NCBI GenBank assembly: GCA_938034975.1
Contig: CALHNI010000017.1
Span: 5,130-69,129, forward strand
Direction of reading: 5' to 3'
From: Candidatus Goldiibacteriota bacterium
GTDB lineage: Bacteria > Oederibacteriota > PGYV01 > DYJU01
DNA: 64,000 nucleotides
A program made the position numbers and the translations under genes. Shown here piece after piece: positions 20,379-29,558 of the stretch. Every line of letters begins with the position of its first letter. Position 1 is the first letter of the stretch. Below the pieces are notes generated by a model. The model had not been told where the DNA came from, did no database searches, and saw only the letters and a list, made by a program, of their open reading frames with translations.

Positions 20379-20951
20379 ATGAAAGTTATAGTCATAGATA
20401 ATTATGATTCCTTCACTTATAATCTTGTCCAGTATATTGGTGAATGGACTAAAAATGTCAAGGTATACAAAAATGACGAAGTTACAATAGATTTTCTAAT
20501 AAAACAAAAGCCGACCCATATAATAATTTCTCCAGGTCCTTCCTGGCCTAAAAATGCCGGAATTTCAAAAGATGTTATATTAAATTTTATGAAAGAAATT
20601 CCTATACTTGGAGTTTGCCTTGGGCATCAATGTATAGTTGAAGCATTGGGTGGCAAAATAAAAAGAAATAAAGTTATAATGCATGGAAAAGTTTCACAAA
20701 TTTATCATGATGGCAAAGGTATATATAAGGGTATGAAAAATCCCTTTATAGCAACCAGATACCATTCTTTGGTTGCAGATGAAAAGACCCTTCCGGATGA
20801 ATTAATAATATCAGCTAAAACAAAAGCCAAAGAGATAATGGGAGTAAGACATAAGAAATACAAACTGGAAGGAGTCCAATTTCATCCGGAATCAATATTA
20901 ACGCAAGATGGAAAAAAAATCATAAAAAATTTTTTATATGATATGGAATAA
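20379..20951 (+). CDS. trpG: Anthranilate synthase component II (glutamine amidotransferase; TrpG/PabA)
   Basis: 190 aa. Motifs GVCLGHQ and GVQFHPES. Confidence 0.9.
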   Translation: MKVIVIDNYDSFTYNLVQYIGEWTKNVKVYKNDEVTIDFLIKQKPTHIIISPGPSWPKNAGISKDVILNFMKEIPILGVCLGHQCIVEALGGKIKRNKVIMHGKVSQIYHDGKGIYKGMKNPFIATRYHSLVADEKTLPDELIISAKTKAKEIMGVRHKKYKLEGVQFHPESILTQDGKKIIKNFLYDME

Positions 20952-20953
20952 AA

Positions 20954-22438
20954 ATGTATCTGATCATTGTTTTTCTTTTTTTTCAATTTTCATATTTATA
21001 TGCAAATACAGATAGTGTCGCTGTGGTAAATAATTTATCTGTTGAAAATAATATTGAAACTGCAATTACTACTACTACTTTATCACTTACATTAAGTGCC
21101 AATGCAGATAACGTTTTGCCGTTAAGTGTTTCCGAAAAGGTTGAAATAAATTACGCTGTTGAAAAAATAGATTTTGATACAAACACAATAAATACAATAA
21201 TTATTAAATGGTTTGGAAAAGAAAACATGGAATTTTTTTATAATGTTTACAAAAAGAAAGAAGGGGATCCAGATTTTTATAAAATAAATGAAAATCCGCT
21301 TTCTGTAACTTTTTATGTTGATGCTGATGTAAATACAGGGACTATTTATTATTATAAAGTAGAAACGATTGATTCGTTAGGTAATACTTTTTTATCAAAA
21401 GAATATTCTGTGAGATCAACTGATTTATATTTGCCATCTCCCCCTTTTGGTTTTAAGGTCTATCAGGATGTTGAATGCTCTGTGCTAAAATGGAATTCTT
21501 CTTCAAAAGGAACGTTTGAAATAACAGGTTATATCATTTATCGTGGTGAAGATGCTGAAAGCATGACAAAGATAGCAGAAGTTAAACCGACAGAATTAAA
21601 ATTTAATGATGAAGAGGTAATACCGGCAAAAAAATATTATTATAAAGTAACGGCTGTTGATGAAAGAAGGAATGAATCAAATCCAACAGAAATATTGAGT
21701 TGTGTACCTTTTCCAATGCAAAGAACATGTCTTATTCTAATGCCAACTGCTTACAGGAATGATATTTTTAATAATTGGGGATTGAACATTGATTTGAGTT
21801 ATACATATTATATAGGTGGAATATTTGGTGAGCATAATTTATTTCCTTATGGCAATGATTCAGATTCTTTTTTAAAGGTAGGAGCATCAATTTTAAGTGG
21901 AGATGTTAAATTAAGTGGATTTAATGATGAAAATCAGATTCCATCAATTGCTTTTGGATATGTTTATACGATTTTAATGCAGGATAAATTTGGAAGTTCG
22001 CAGACAACCGGAGTTCAGGCATCTTTCACTGGCAAAGAAAAAGAATCAATGAAAATGATGGGTGGATTTTATAGCGTCATAAGCAAAAAGGTGTTTTTTG
22101 ATATGAACTTGCATACAGGTTATATATTGGGAGAACAGATAAATTTTATACCATATTTATCAAAGTATCTTACTTTGGAAGATAATATTGTAGCACATGG
22201 TTATTTTATAGGGTTTTCAAGAAAGATTTTTTCCAGGATGGGATTGAGAACCGAAATTATAGTTCCGGCAGAAAATAAAATTAACCAATCATTATTGATG
22301 CCGGTTCAATATTTAATAAACACATATATTGATAGATTTATTAATTTTAATATAAGTTATTTCCATTTTAATGGCGGTTATGTATGGCTTGGTTATATAA
22401 ATTTTAAATTTACAATATTCCCCAACCCTTATAAATAA
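20954..22438 (+). CDS. hypothetical secreted protein: two fibronectin-III-like modules + C-terminal beta-rich (possibly membrane-embedded) domain
   Basis: 494 aa with a signal-like N-terminus. Two repeats of the FN3-like pattern: Y..Y.K......F.KINE.P......VDADV..GTIYYYKV and GYIIYRGEDAESMTKIAEV..TELKFNDEEVIPAKKYYYKVTAVD. The C-terminal ~240 aa has alternating aromatic strands. Confidence 0.5.
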   Translation: MYLIIVFLFFQFSYLYANTDSVAVVNNLSVENNIETAITTTTLSLTLSANADNVLPLSVSEKVEINYAVEKIDFDTNTINTIIIKWFGKENMEFFYNVYKKKEGDPDFYKINENPLSVTFYVDADVNTGTIYYYKVETIDSLGNTFLSKEYSVRSTDLYLPSPPFGFKVYQDVECSVLKWNSSSKGTFEITGYIIYRGEDAESMTKIAEVKPTELKFNDEEVIPAKKYYYKVTAVDERRNESNPTEILSCVPFPMQRTCLILMPTAYRNDIFNNWGLNIDLSYTYYIGGIFGEHNLFPYGNDSDSFLKVGASILSGDVKLSGFNDENQIPSIAFGYVYTILMQDKFGSSQTTGVQASFTGKEKESMKMMGGFYSVISKKVFFDMNLHTGYILGEQINFIPYLSKYLTLEDNIVAHGYFIGFSRKIFSRMGLRTEIIVPAENKINQSLLMPVQYLINTYIDRFINFNISYFHFNGGYVWLGYINFKFTIFPNPYK

Positions 22439-22448
22439 AAGGTGTAAA

Positions 22449-23186
22449 ATGCTTTGTCATGAATGCGGTGCAGAAATAAAAGATTATTTTACAACTTGTT
22501 CATTATGCGGGAAAGTAATTGACAGGGAAAAAGCATTTAAAAATTTTGTAGAAAAGGGAGATGAGTTTTTCAGGTCTGATGAAATAGAAAAGGCAATTAT
22601 TGCATATAATAGAGCCCTTGATTATCAAAAAGATAATGAGGATTTATATATAAAATTAGGTAACGCCTACATGAAAAAAAATGATAAGCAAGCAGCAACT
22701 TATTATTTAAAAGCATTGTCTTTGAATTTTTACAACGATGTAACACACAATTACCTGATTGCTTTTTATTCTAAATTTAATAAATTAGAAGATTTAAAAT
22801 CATGGTATATTAAAAATAAGGAAAGATTTGATAATGAATTTATAAATAAATACATAAAAATAATTGATAATACTATTTTGTTCACAACAGAAAAAAAGAT
22901 AAAAATTGGAACAGAAGATAATGGCTTTTGGTGTGAGTTAAAAAAAAGTATGCGTATGTATTTGATGTTTAATATAATTTTCGGAGTTGTTTTTTTATTG
23001 CTCGTGGTTGGACTTTTATTTTCATATTTTTTGAAAATAAATGTGTCCTTTTTTCTTGTTTTTGCCGGAATGTTTTTGATAATGGGTATATTTTTTATAA
23101 CATTTAAAAAAATGGAAAATTTAAAAAAGAAAAAAGATAAGCATATTAATATTGAAGATTTTCTAAAAGAAACAAAAAAAGATTAG
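22449..23186 (+). CDS. Zinc-ribbon / TPR / double-TM protein
   Basis: 245 aa. N-terminal CHECGAEIKDYFTTCSLCG (CxxC-N11-CxxC). TPR-like AIIAYNRALDYQKDNEDLYIKLGNAYMKKNDKQAATYYLKAL. Two C-terminal TM helices. Confidence 0.6.
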   Translation: MLCHECGAEIKDYFTTCSLCGKVIDREKAFKNFVEKGDEFFRSDEIEKAIIAYNRALDYQKDNEDLYIKLGNAYMKKNDKQAATYYLKALSLNFYNDVTHNYLIAFYSKFNKLEDLKSWYIKNKERFDNEFINKYIKIIDNTILFTTEKKIKIGTEDNGFWCELKKSMRMYLMFNIIFGVVFLLLVVGLLFSYFLKINVSFFLVFAGMFLIMGIFFITFKKMENLKKKKDKHINIEDFLKETKKD

Positions 23187-23689
23187 ATTAATATTTTTTT
23201 TATTGCAAAAAAATGTTTTAAAACTGGTAACCTTATAATAAAAAAAGTTAGTTTCTCAAGATAGGGAAATAATAATGAATTATTCAGTGCGTTATTGTAA
23301 TTAAACCAGTTGAAATTAATTTTTATAAGACCAATTAAGGTAAAATATACAGGTATTGAAATAAAGCATATAAAAATTACCGCGCCTAAAATTCTGTCAA
23401 ATATGGTTAATTTAAAAACATCAAAAAATCTTGCAAAGGTATAGGCAATTGATATAACGATAGAACTCGTAATAATAAATAATATTGTATATGATATGAG
23501 GAAACATTTTGTCTCGTTCGTTATATGTTTAGTTAACATATCTGCAAGTGAGTGATATCCAATATTTGCGATGAGTATCCCTGAAAAAAAAGCAATCGGA
23601 ATTGTAATGACATAAATCCCCCTTAAGTTCCATCCGAGAATAAATGAAAACAAAAAAATAATTATTAAGAAAATGTCAATATAAGTCAT
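23183..23689 (-). CDS. CvpA-like integral membrane protein
   Basis: 168 aa with four predicted TM helices. The N-terminus MTYIDIFLIIIFLFSFILGWNLRG resembles the CvpA family (xxDiiilvil..s...G...G). The assignment is weak. Confidence 0.5.
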   Translation of the reverse strand: MTYIDIFLIIIFLFSFILGWNLRGIYVITIPIAFFSGILIANIGYHSLADMLTKHITNETKCFLISYTILFIITSSIVISIAYTFARFFDVFKLTIFDRILGAVIFICFISIPVYFTLIGLIKINFNWFNYNNALNNSLLFPYLEKLTFFIIRLPVLKHFFAIKKILI

Positions 23690-23756
23690 TATAACTCCTT
23701 TTTAATTTTGTATAATAATAACACAGGATTTTTTTATGGTCAATTTTATATTGTTT

Positions 23757-23957
23757 CCTGAAAATCGTATTAGGAAATTACGATTTTCAGAAGAAAAAAC
23801 CCAAAAATAAAAAAAAATATTTAAAAAATAAAATATTTAAAACAAAACTTGAGTTTTATTTTAAATTAAAAAATTGGGTGTATAAAAGTAATACAATATA
23901 AAAATAATAAAAAATTTTATTTTCCATAAAAAACGCGTTTTCTAACGCATTTTTACC
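23757..23957 (+). repeat. Family-1 intergenic repeat, copy C (H1 - core - H2)
   Basis: H1 cctgaaaatcg-tattaggaaatta-cgattttcag (23757-23790). Internal small hairpin aaaac..gtttt. Core gggtgtataaaagtaatacaatataaaaat. H2 ccataaaaaacgcgttttctaacgcatttttac (23924-23957). Confidence 0.75.
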
Positions 23958-23973
23958 CCAAAAATGGTTAATA

Positions 23974-24002
23974 TTGACTTTTACCATATTTTTCAGTATA
24001 AT
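23974..24002 (+). promoter_or_regulatory. sigma70-type promoter of the glycosylation locus (TTGACT-17-TATAAT)
   Basis: ttgact tttaccatatttttcag tataat, 17 nt after the H2 hairpin and about 44 nt upstream of the GTG start at 24046. Confidence 0.55.
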
Positions 24003-24045
24003 TTTTTTAATTTAATTTTAAAAAGTATATTCAGGAGGTAAAAAA

Positions 24046-26562
24046 GTGGCTACATTTTTTGGATATATTTTGCTTTGGTGGTTTTATTCGTTAATCATAG
24101 GATTAATCACATATCCTATAAGTTTTGTCCTTTTTAAAAAATCATACGAAAAAGGGTTCATGTTTACAAAAATAATTGGTCTGTTTTTAATATCTTATTT
24201 TTCCTGGCTTTTTGGATTTATTTATTTTTCCACAGGAACAATTTATCTTGTAATTTTTATACTCCTGGTTTTTTCTATATTTATTTTTATGTCAAATAAA
24301 AGTGAAATCCTTGAATTTTTGGCAAAAAACCCAGGGATAATTTTAATTACAGAATTATTTTATCTTTTTGTATTTATTCTTTATGCTGTTTTCAGAATGT
24401 ATCAGCCAGATATTATAGGCACTGAAAAATTTATGGATTTTGCATTTATGAATTCAATTGCCCGTGCTGATAAAATGCCACCTTATGATCCATGGATGTT
24501 TGGTGTTGATGCAAATGGGAAACAACTTTTTATAAGTTATTATTATTTTGGTTATCTTATGATGGCAATTATGATGAAATTAACAGGTATTCCAAATGGT
24601 TCAGCATACAACCTTGCTCTTACATATATTGTATCACTAACTTCAATTGCTATGGTTGGATTGCTTTTTAACCTTACAAAAAATTATTTGATAGGTTTTT
24701 TGGGAGTTGCTTTTCTTTTAATAATAAGCAATTTGGATGGTTTTATACAGGTTGTTCAGCATAATTTCAGTTTTGAAGGTTTTAACTGGTGGCGCTCGTC
24801 AAGGATTATTGATTATAAGGATTATGATGTTACTATTAATGAATTTCCATTTTTTTCTTTTTTGCTTGGGGACTTGCATCCGCATCAGATGGCTATGCCT
24901 TTTGTTTTGCTCGCTTTAAATATTGCACTTACTTTTATAAAGACAGATGAAAAAAATATTTTTGAGAAAAATTTTTCTAAAATGTCATTTCTTATTTTTG
25001 CGGGTTTGCTTTTGGGAGGATTGTGGTTTTTAAATAGCTGGGATTTTCCTACTTATTATTTTATAGTTGCTCTTGCCATACTATCATATAAATATTCATT
25101 ATATGAAAAAATTGATGACTGGATAAAAGATGCTTTAATTTCACTTGGTATTATTTTTATTGTTGCAATTATTGCTTATCTTCCTTTCACTGTTTTCTTT
25201 CAATCACAGGCAAAAGGTATCGGCCCTACCAAAGCAAATACCAAAATAACAGATTATTTTATTATTTACGGTATAATGCTATTTCCCATATTTTCATTTA
25301 TTATCTTCAGAATATTAAACTGGTTATATGCGCTAAGATTGCAGGGTATAGCAGGTACAAAGTTAAAAGCGAGAGCGCTTTATTGCCCGCGTTGTGGTGC
25401 GGTAATAAGAGAAGGTAAAAAAATATGCGGGCAATGCGGTTATATGATAAGTGGTGATGAGTTATTATTAGGTGGTGTTGATTTACCTGTGAAAAAATCA
25501 AACCAGACAATTCTTTCAATTTTTAAATTCTTTTTGGAACCGGATAAATTAAAAGATGGAAAAGTATATTTTATTTTTAGTGCTGTAATTTCTATTGCAA
25601 TAATTTTGGTTGTTTTTAAAACCATAATTGATAAACCCAACTTTGGAATTTTTTCAGGATTTATGGTATTTTTAATTTCTTTTGTACTATTGTTATTATT
25701 TACTAAAATTGAATTTAAAGAAAATCAGTTTGTATTAATACTTATTTTTACTGGTTTTTTAGTAACATTAGGCTGTGAACTTTTACATATAATAGACACG
25801 TTTTCAAGAGAAGGGCAGCATGCGCCCCTTGAAAGAATGAATACGGTTTTTAAATTTTATTTTCAGGCATGGATATTTTATTCTGTTGCTGCAGCGTATT
25901 CGTTTTTCTGGGTTACTCATTTTTATTTAAGGTTTAAACCAATCTATATCAGATATTCATGGATTTTTGTTTTTGTTATTTTAATTATAATGGGTCTTTT
26001 TTATCCAGTTGCGGCAACATATGTAAAAACAGGCGGACTTAAAGGATATATGACACTTGATGGGACTGAATTTTTAAAATTCAGGTCATACCAGGGCAGA
26101 ATGCCATCAGAAGGTGATTATAAAGCGATTGAATGGTTAAAGAAAAATGTTAAAGGTAATGATGTTATTTTAGAAGCATGGGGTAATGAATATACAGAAT
26201 ATGCAAGAATTACATCTTTTACAGGACTTCCTACTGTTTTAGGCTGGCCTGGGCACGAATTACAATGGCGCGGTTCATGGGATGAGGCAGGCAGAAGGCA
26301 GATGGATGTTAATAGAATATATGAAAGTCTTGATATAGAGGAAACAAAAAATTTAATTAAAAAATATAAAATTAAATATGTTTATGTGGGTGTGTTAGAA
26401 AAAGACAAATATATAGGAACATTAGCCAGAGATAAAGATGCAAGCAAAGAAAATATGGAAAAATATCTTGCAAAAAAACAGGCGCTTGAAAAATTTTCAC
26501 AGTTTATGGATATTGTTTATACAGATGCTGATTTAGTTACAATATATAAAGTTAGAGAATAA
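24046..26562 (+). CDS. Chlor_Arch_YYY / DUF2298 polytopic membrane protein (putative GT-C-fold glycosyltransferase) with an inserted zinc ribbon
   Basis: 838 aa, GTG start after SD ggaggt, and more than 15 hydrophobic helices. Has the diagnostic YYYxG motif (FISYYYFGYLMMA) of TIGR03662. A cytoplasmic-loop insertion carries YCPRCGAVIREGKKICGQCGY. A soluble C-terminal domain follows. Confidence 0.8.
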   Translation: MATFFGYILLWWFYSLIIGLITYPISFVLFKKSYEKGFMFTKIIGLFLISYFSWLFGFIYFSTGTIYLVIFILLVFSIFIFMSNKSEILEFLAKNPGIILITELFYLFVFILYAVFRMYQPDIIGTEKFMDFAFMNSIARADKMPPYDPWMFGVDANGKQLFISYYYFGYLMMAIMMKLTGIPNGSAYNLALTYIVSLTSIAMVGLLFNLTKNYLIGFLGVAFLLIISNLDGFIQVVQHNFSFEGFNWWRSSRIIDYKDYDVTINEFPFFSFLLGDLHPHQMAMPFVLLALNIALTFIKTDEKNIFEKNFSKMSFLIFAGLLLGGLWFLNSWDFPTYYFIVALAILSYKYSLYEKIDDWIKDALISLGIIFIVAIIAYLPFTVFFQSQAKGIGPTKANTKITDYFIIYGIMLFPIFSFIIFRILNWLYALRLQGIAGTKLKARALYCPRCGAVIREGKKICGQCGYMISGDELLLGGVDLPVKKSNQTILSIFKFFLEPDKLKDGKVYFIFSAVISIAIILVVFKTIIDKPNFGIFSGFMVFLISFVLLLLFTKIEFKENQFVLILIFTGFLVTLGCELLHIIDTFSREGQHAPLERMNTVFKFYFQAWIFYSVAAAYSFFWVTHFYLRFKPIYIRYSWIFVFVILIIMGLFYPVAATYVKTGGLKGYMTLDGTEFLKFRSYQGRMPSEGDYKAIEWLKKNVKGNDVILEAWGNEYTEYARITSFTGLPTVLGWPGHELQWRGSWDEAGRRQMDVNRIYESLDIEETKNLIKKYKIKYVYVGVLEKDKYIGTLARDKDASKENMEKYLAKKQALEKFSQFMDIVYTDADLVTIYKVRE

Positions 26563-26586
26563 TTAATTTAAAACGGAGGATAAAAA

Positions 26587-28500
26587 ATGCCAGAAAACAT
26601 CAAATGCCCAAAATGTGGAGCTGATAATCCAAAAGAAAATAAATTCTGTGATACCTGTGGTTATAAACTCGTTGCAAAAAAAGAACCAATAAAAACAGTA
26701 AAACCTGAAAAGAAAAAAATAATTATGACGGATGAACCAATTGCTGAAATTTCAAAAGAAAAACAAGAAAAAGAAGAAAGGACTGAAATATCAAAAGACT
26801 ATGTTGGAATTGAAAAAACAGGTATTGTGCTTAATTGGGAAACAATATGCTGGATTCTGATTGTTATAATTACAATACTTACAAGATTTTATGACCTTGG
26901 GACAAAACCTTTGCATCACGATGAAAGTATGCATGCTTTTTACGGCTGGAAATTATTTAAAGGTGAGGGTTATCAGTATAATCCAATGATGCATGGTCCT
27001 TTTCATTATCATGCAAATGCTTTGATATATTTTCTTTTTGGAACATCTGATTATACTTCAAGAGTTGCGCCTGCAATTTTTGGTTTAATAGGTGTTTTAT
27101 TAATTTATCTTTATAAACCATATATAGGTAAATTAGGAGCAGTTATAACTGCTTTTATTATGGCAATATCGCCAATGTTTATGTATCAGGCAAGATTTAT
27201 AAGAGAAGATATTTTTATGGCAGTGGATACCATAGCAATGGTTGTTGGTCTTTTCAGATACATAGATACAAAAAAGCCTGCATGGCTTTATCTTGCAGCA
27301 ACAGGGCTTGCGTTTTCCTGGGCAACAAAAGAAGCAACTTATATAACTGGATTTATTTTCTTTACATTTTTATTTTTCAGATGGGTTTGGGAATATTCTT
27401 TAAGGCATATCCCTGCCAAATTTCAGGAAGAAAATAAAATATATGGAACTGTTAATTATCTTTTCGGCAAAGGGCTTCCTGTTTTAGGTTGGTCGTTGGC
27501 AATATTTTTTGGTATAAATCTTGTTTTATATACTACTCTTTTTTCTCACTGGAAAGGTTTTATTGATGCATTTACTGCTTCATTGACATACTGGCTCGGC
27601 CAACATGGTGTGGAAAGAGGCAGTCAACCAATTTATTATTACTGGCTTCTTATACCTTTTTATGAAATGTTGCCTTTCCTTTTCACTTTAATAGCAACAG
27701 TTTATTATCTTATTGTTCCTGAAAAAAGGACATTTTTTAATCTTTTTACAATTTACTGGTGGATAATGTCAATGATAATTTATTCCTGGGCTGGCGAAAG
27801 GATGCCATGGTTATCAATTCATCCACTTGCACCTATGATAATTCTTTCCGGTAAATTTATAGCAGAAATGATTTTAAGAGTTGATTGGGGTTTGGCAAGG
27901 CAACTTGGTATTGTAACAGCTATTATTCTTGCTATGGGTTCAATTCATGGGGCTATAAATCTGTGTTTTTATGGAGCTGGCGCATCACCAACTGAATCAT
28001 TCGTATATGTTCAATCATCAGTTGACGTAACTTATGTTGCAAAAAAAATATACAATGTTGCAAAAGCATTAAAAGGAGAAAAATGGGATAGTCAGGAATT
28101 CAGAAATTTTGATCCTTATGATATGGAAATTGTGGTTGAAGATTATTGTTCCTGGCCTTTTGCGTGGTATTTGAGGGATTTCAGAAGGGTTGCATATCCA
28201 CCTAAAAATATACCTGAATCAGATATAGGTAAACCTATTATTTTATCAGGTATAGAAGAAGCAGCACCAGGACATGATAAAAGAGTAAAGGAACTTTTAG
28301 AGCCACATTATATTGGCATAAGATATAAATTAAGAGAATGGTGGGCGCCTGATGTAAATAAATTTATGCGTGCATCATTAAGAGATAAAATAAGAATGTT
28401 GTGGAGAAGATTTATTTACAGAGAGGTCTGGAATGAACTTGGTTCATATGATTTTGTAGTATATATAAGGAAAGATTTAGAAAAATACTGGAGAGACTAA
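26587..28500 (+). CDS. TIGR03663-family PMT/ArnT-like GT-C membrane protein with N-terminal zinc ribbon
   Basis: 637 aa. N-terminal CPKCGADNPKENKFCDTCG. The family-invariant DE and HGP occur in LHHDESMHAFYGW...MMHGPFHYH. Multiple TM helices. Confidence 0.8.
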   Translation: MPENIKCPKCGADNPKENKFCDTCGYKLVAKKEPIKTVKPEKKKIIMTDEPIAEISKEKQEKEERTEISKDYVGIEKTGIVLNWETICWILIVIITILTRFYDLGTKPLHHDESMHAFYGWKLFKGEGYQYNPMMHGPFHYHANALIYFLFGTSDYTSRVAPAIFGLIGVLLIYLYKPYIGKLGAVITAFIMAISPMFMYQARFIREDIFMAVDTIAMVVGLFRYIDTKKPAWLYLAATGLAFSWATKEATYITGFIFFTFLFFRWVWEYSLRHIPAKFQEENKIYGTVNYLFGKGLPVLGWSLAIFFGINLVLYTTLFSHWKGFIDAFTASLTYWLGQHGVERGSQPIYYYWLLIPFYEMLPFLFTLIATVYYLIVPEKRTFFNLFTIYWWIMSMIIYSWAGERMPWLSIHPLAPMIILSGKFIAEMILRVDWGLARQLGIVTAIILAMGSIHGAINLCFYGAGASPTESFVYVQSSVDVTYVAKKIYNVAKALKGEKWDSQEFRNFDPYDMEIVVEDYCSWPFAWYLRDFRRVAYPPKNIPESDIGKPIILSGIEEAAPGHDKRVKELLEPHYIGIRYKLREWWAPDVNKFMRASLRDKIRMLWRRFIYREVWNELGSYDFVVYIRKDLEKYWRD

Positions 28501-28552
28501 AATATATTATATAATCTACTAAATTCAGTTTATTAAAAATGGAGGTTTATTT

Positions 28553-29545
28553 ATGATAGATTTATCCTTAATGTCAAAGCAGGAAAAGATTATTATTATT
28601 TCTTTACTTGTTGCTATTTTCCTTTTACTTGTATTAATATTAACTCCTGCAAATTTCAGACAGGATAAAAAAGTAATGGCACCTGCTAATATTTTATCAA
28701 GTGGTGGTGGTCCAGGTGAAGGAAATGGATATTTTCAGACACCTCGCGATATTGTGGTTGATAAGGAAGGCAATATTTATATTGTTGATTCAAGGAATCA
28801 CAGAATACAGAAATTCAGCAGTGAAGGAGTTTTTTTAACAACCTGGGGTAAAGAAGGTGATAAACCAGGACAGTTTAAAGAACCATGTGGTATAGACATT
28901 GGACCAGATGGAAATATTTATGTGGCAGATACTTGGAATGGCAGAGTTCAGATTTTTGATTCAACTGGTAAATTTATAAAAGAGTTTGGAAAAGAACGTG
29001 GAATGTGGGGACCGCGGGATCTTGCCGTAGATAGAGATGGTAATATTTATGTGTGCGACACAGGCTGGTGTAAAATTGAAAAATTTGATAAAAATGGTGT
29101 TTATATAACTACTTTTGGTAAAAAAGGCGGTGGAACTTTGCCCGGGGAATTTAAAGAACCATTTGGAATAAAACAGGGACCAGATGGAAATTTATATGTT
29201 ATAGATAGGAAAAATTTCAGAATACAGATTTTAACCACAGAGGGTAAATTTATAAAAGATATAAAAATTGATGGCTGGTCAGAAAAACAAATAGATGGTG
29301 GTTGCCTTATGGAACCATATCTTGATATTGATAGCAAACGTGGGTTGATTTATGTTACAGATTCAACAAATCACAGGGTGTTAAGGTATAATTTAAATGG
29401 GAAAGATAAAAAAATATTTTTAAAAGATGAACGTGGTATGAATATGTTTGCCTGTCCGCTTTCAGTTGCTGTTGCCGGGGATGGACGCATTTTGGTAACT
29501 GATGCAGGTGTTGCAAAAATTATAACATTTATTGATAAAAATTAA
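28553..29545 (+). CDS. Membrane-anchored NHL-repeat beta-propeller protein 1
   Basis: 330 aa with an N-terminal TM helix. Six NHL-like repeats (PRDIVVDKEGNIYIVDSRNHRIQKF, PCGIDIGPDGNIYVADTWNGRVQIF, PRDLAVDRDGNIYVCDTGWCKIEKF and others). Confidence 0.85.
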   Translation: MIDLSLMSKQEKIIIISLLVAIFLLLVLILTPANFRQDKKVMAPANILSSGGGPGEGNGYFQTPRDIVVDKEGNIYIVDSRNHRIQKFSSEGVFLTTWGKEGDKPGQFKEPCGIDIGPDGNIYVADTWNGRVQIFDSTGKFIKEFGKERGMWGPRDLAVDRDGNIYVCDTGWCKIEKFDKNGVYITTFGKKGGGTLPGEFKEPFGIKQGPDGNLYVIDRKNFRIQILTTEGKFIKDIKIDGWSEKQIDGGCLMEPYLDIDSKRGLIYVTDSTNHRVLRYNLNGKDKKIFLKDERGMNMFACPLSVAVAGDGRILVTDAGVAKIITFIDKN

Positions 29546-29558
29546 AGGAGGTTGCTCT

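Noticed and set aside
18876-20951. PabB/PabA (aminodeoxychorismate synthase) instead of TrpE/TrpG
   Set aside because: The large subunit carries the LLESxxGGxxxxRYS(F) N-terminal element typical of feedback-regulated TrpE and is full length (496 aa). I kept trpE/trpG, but the absence of trpDCFBA nearby leaves some doubt (see findings).
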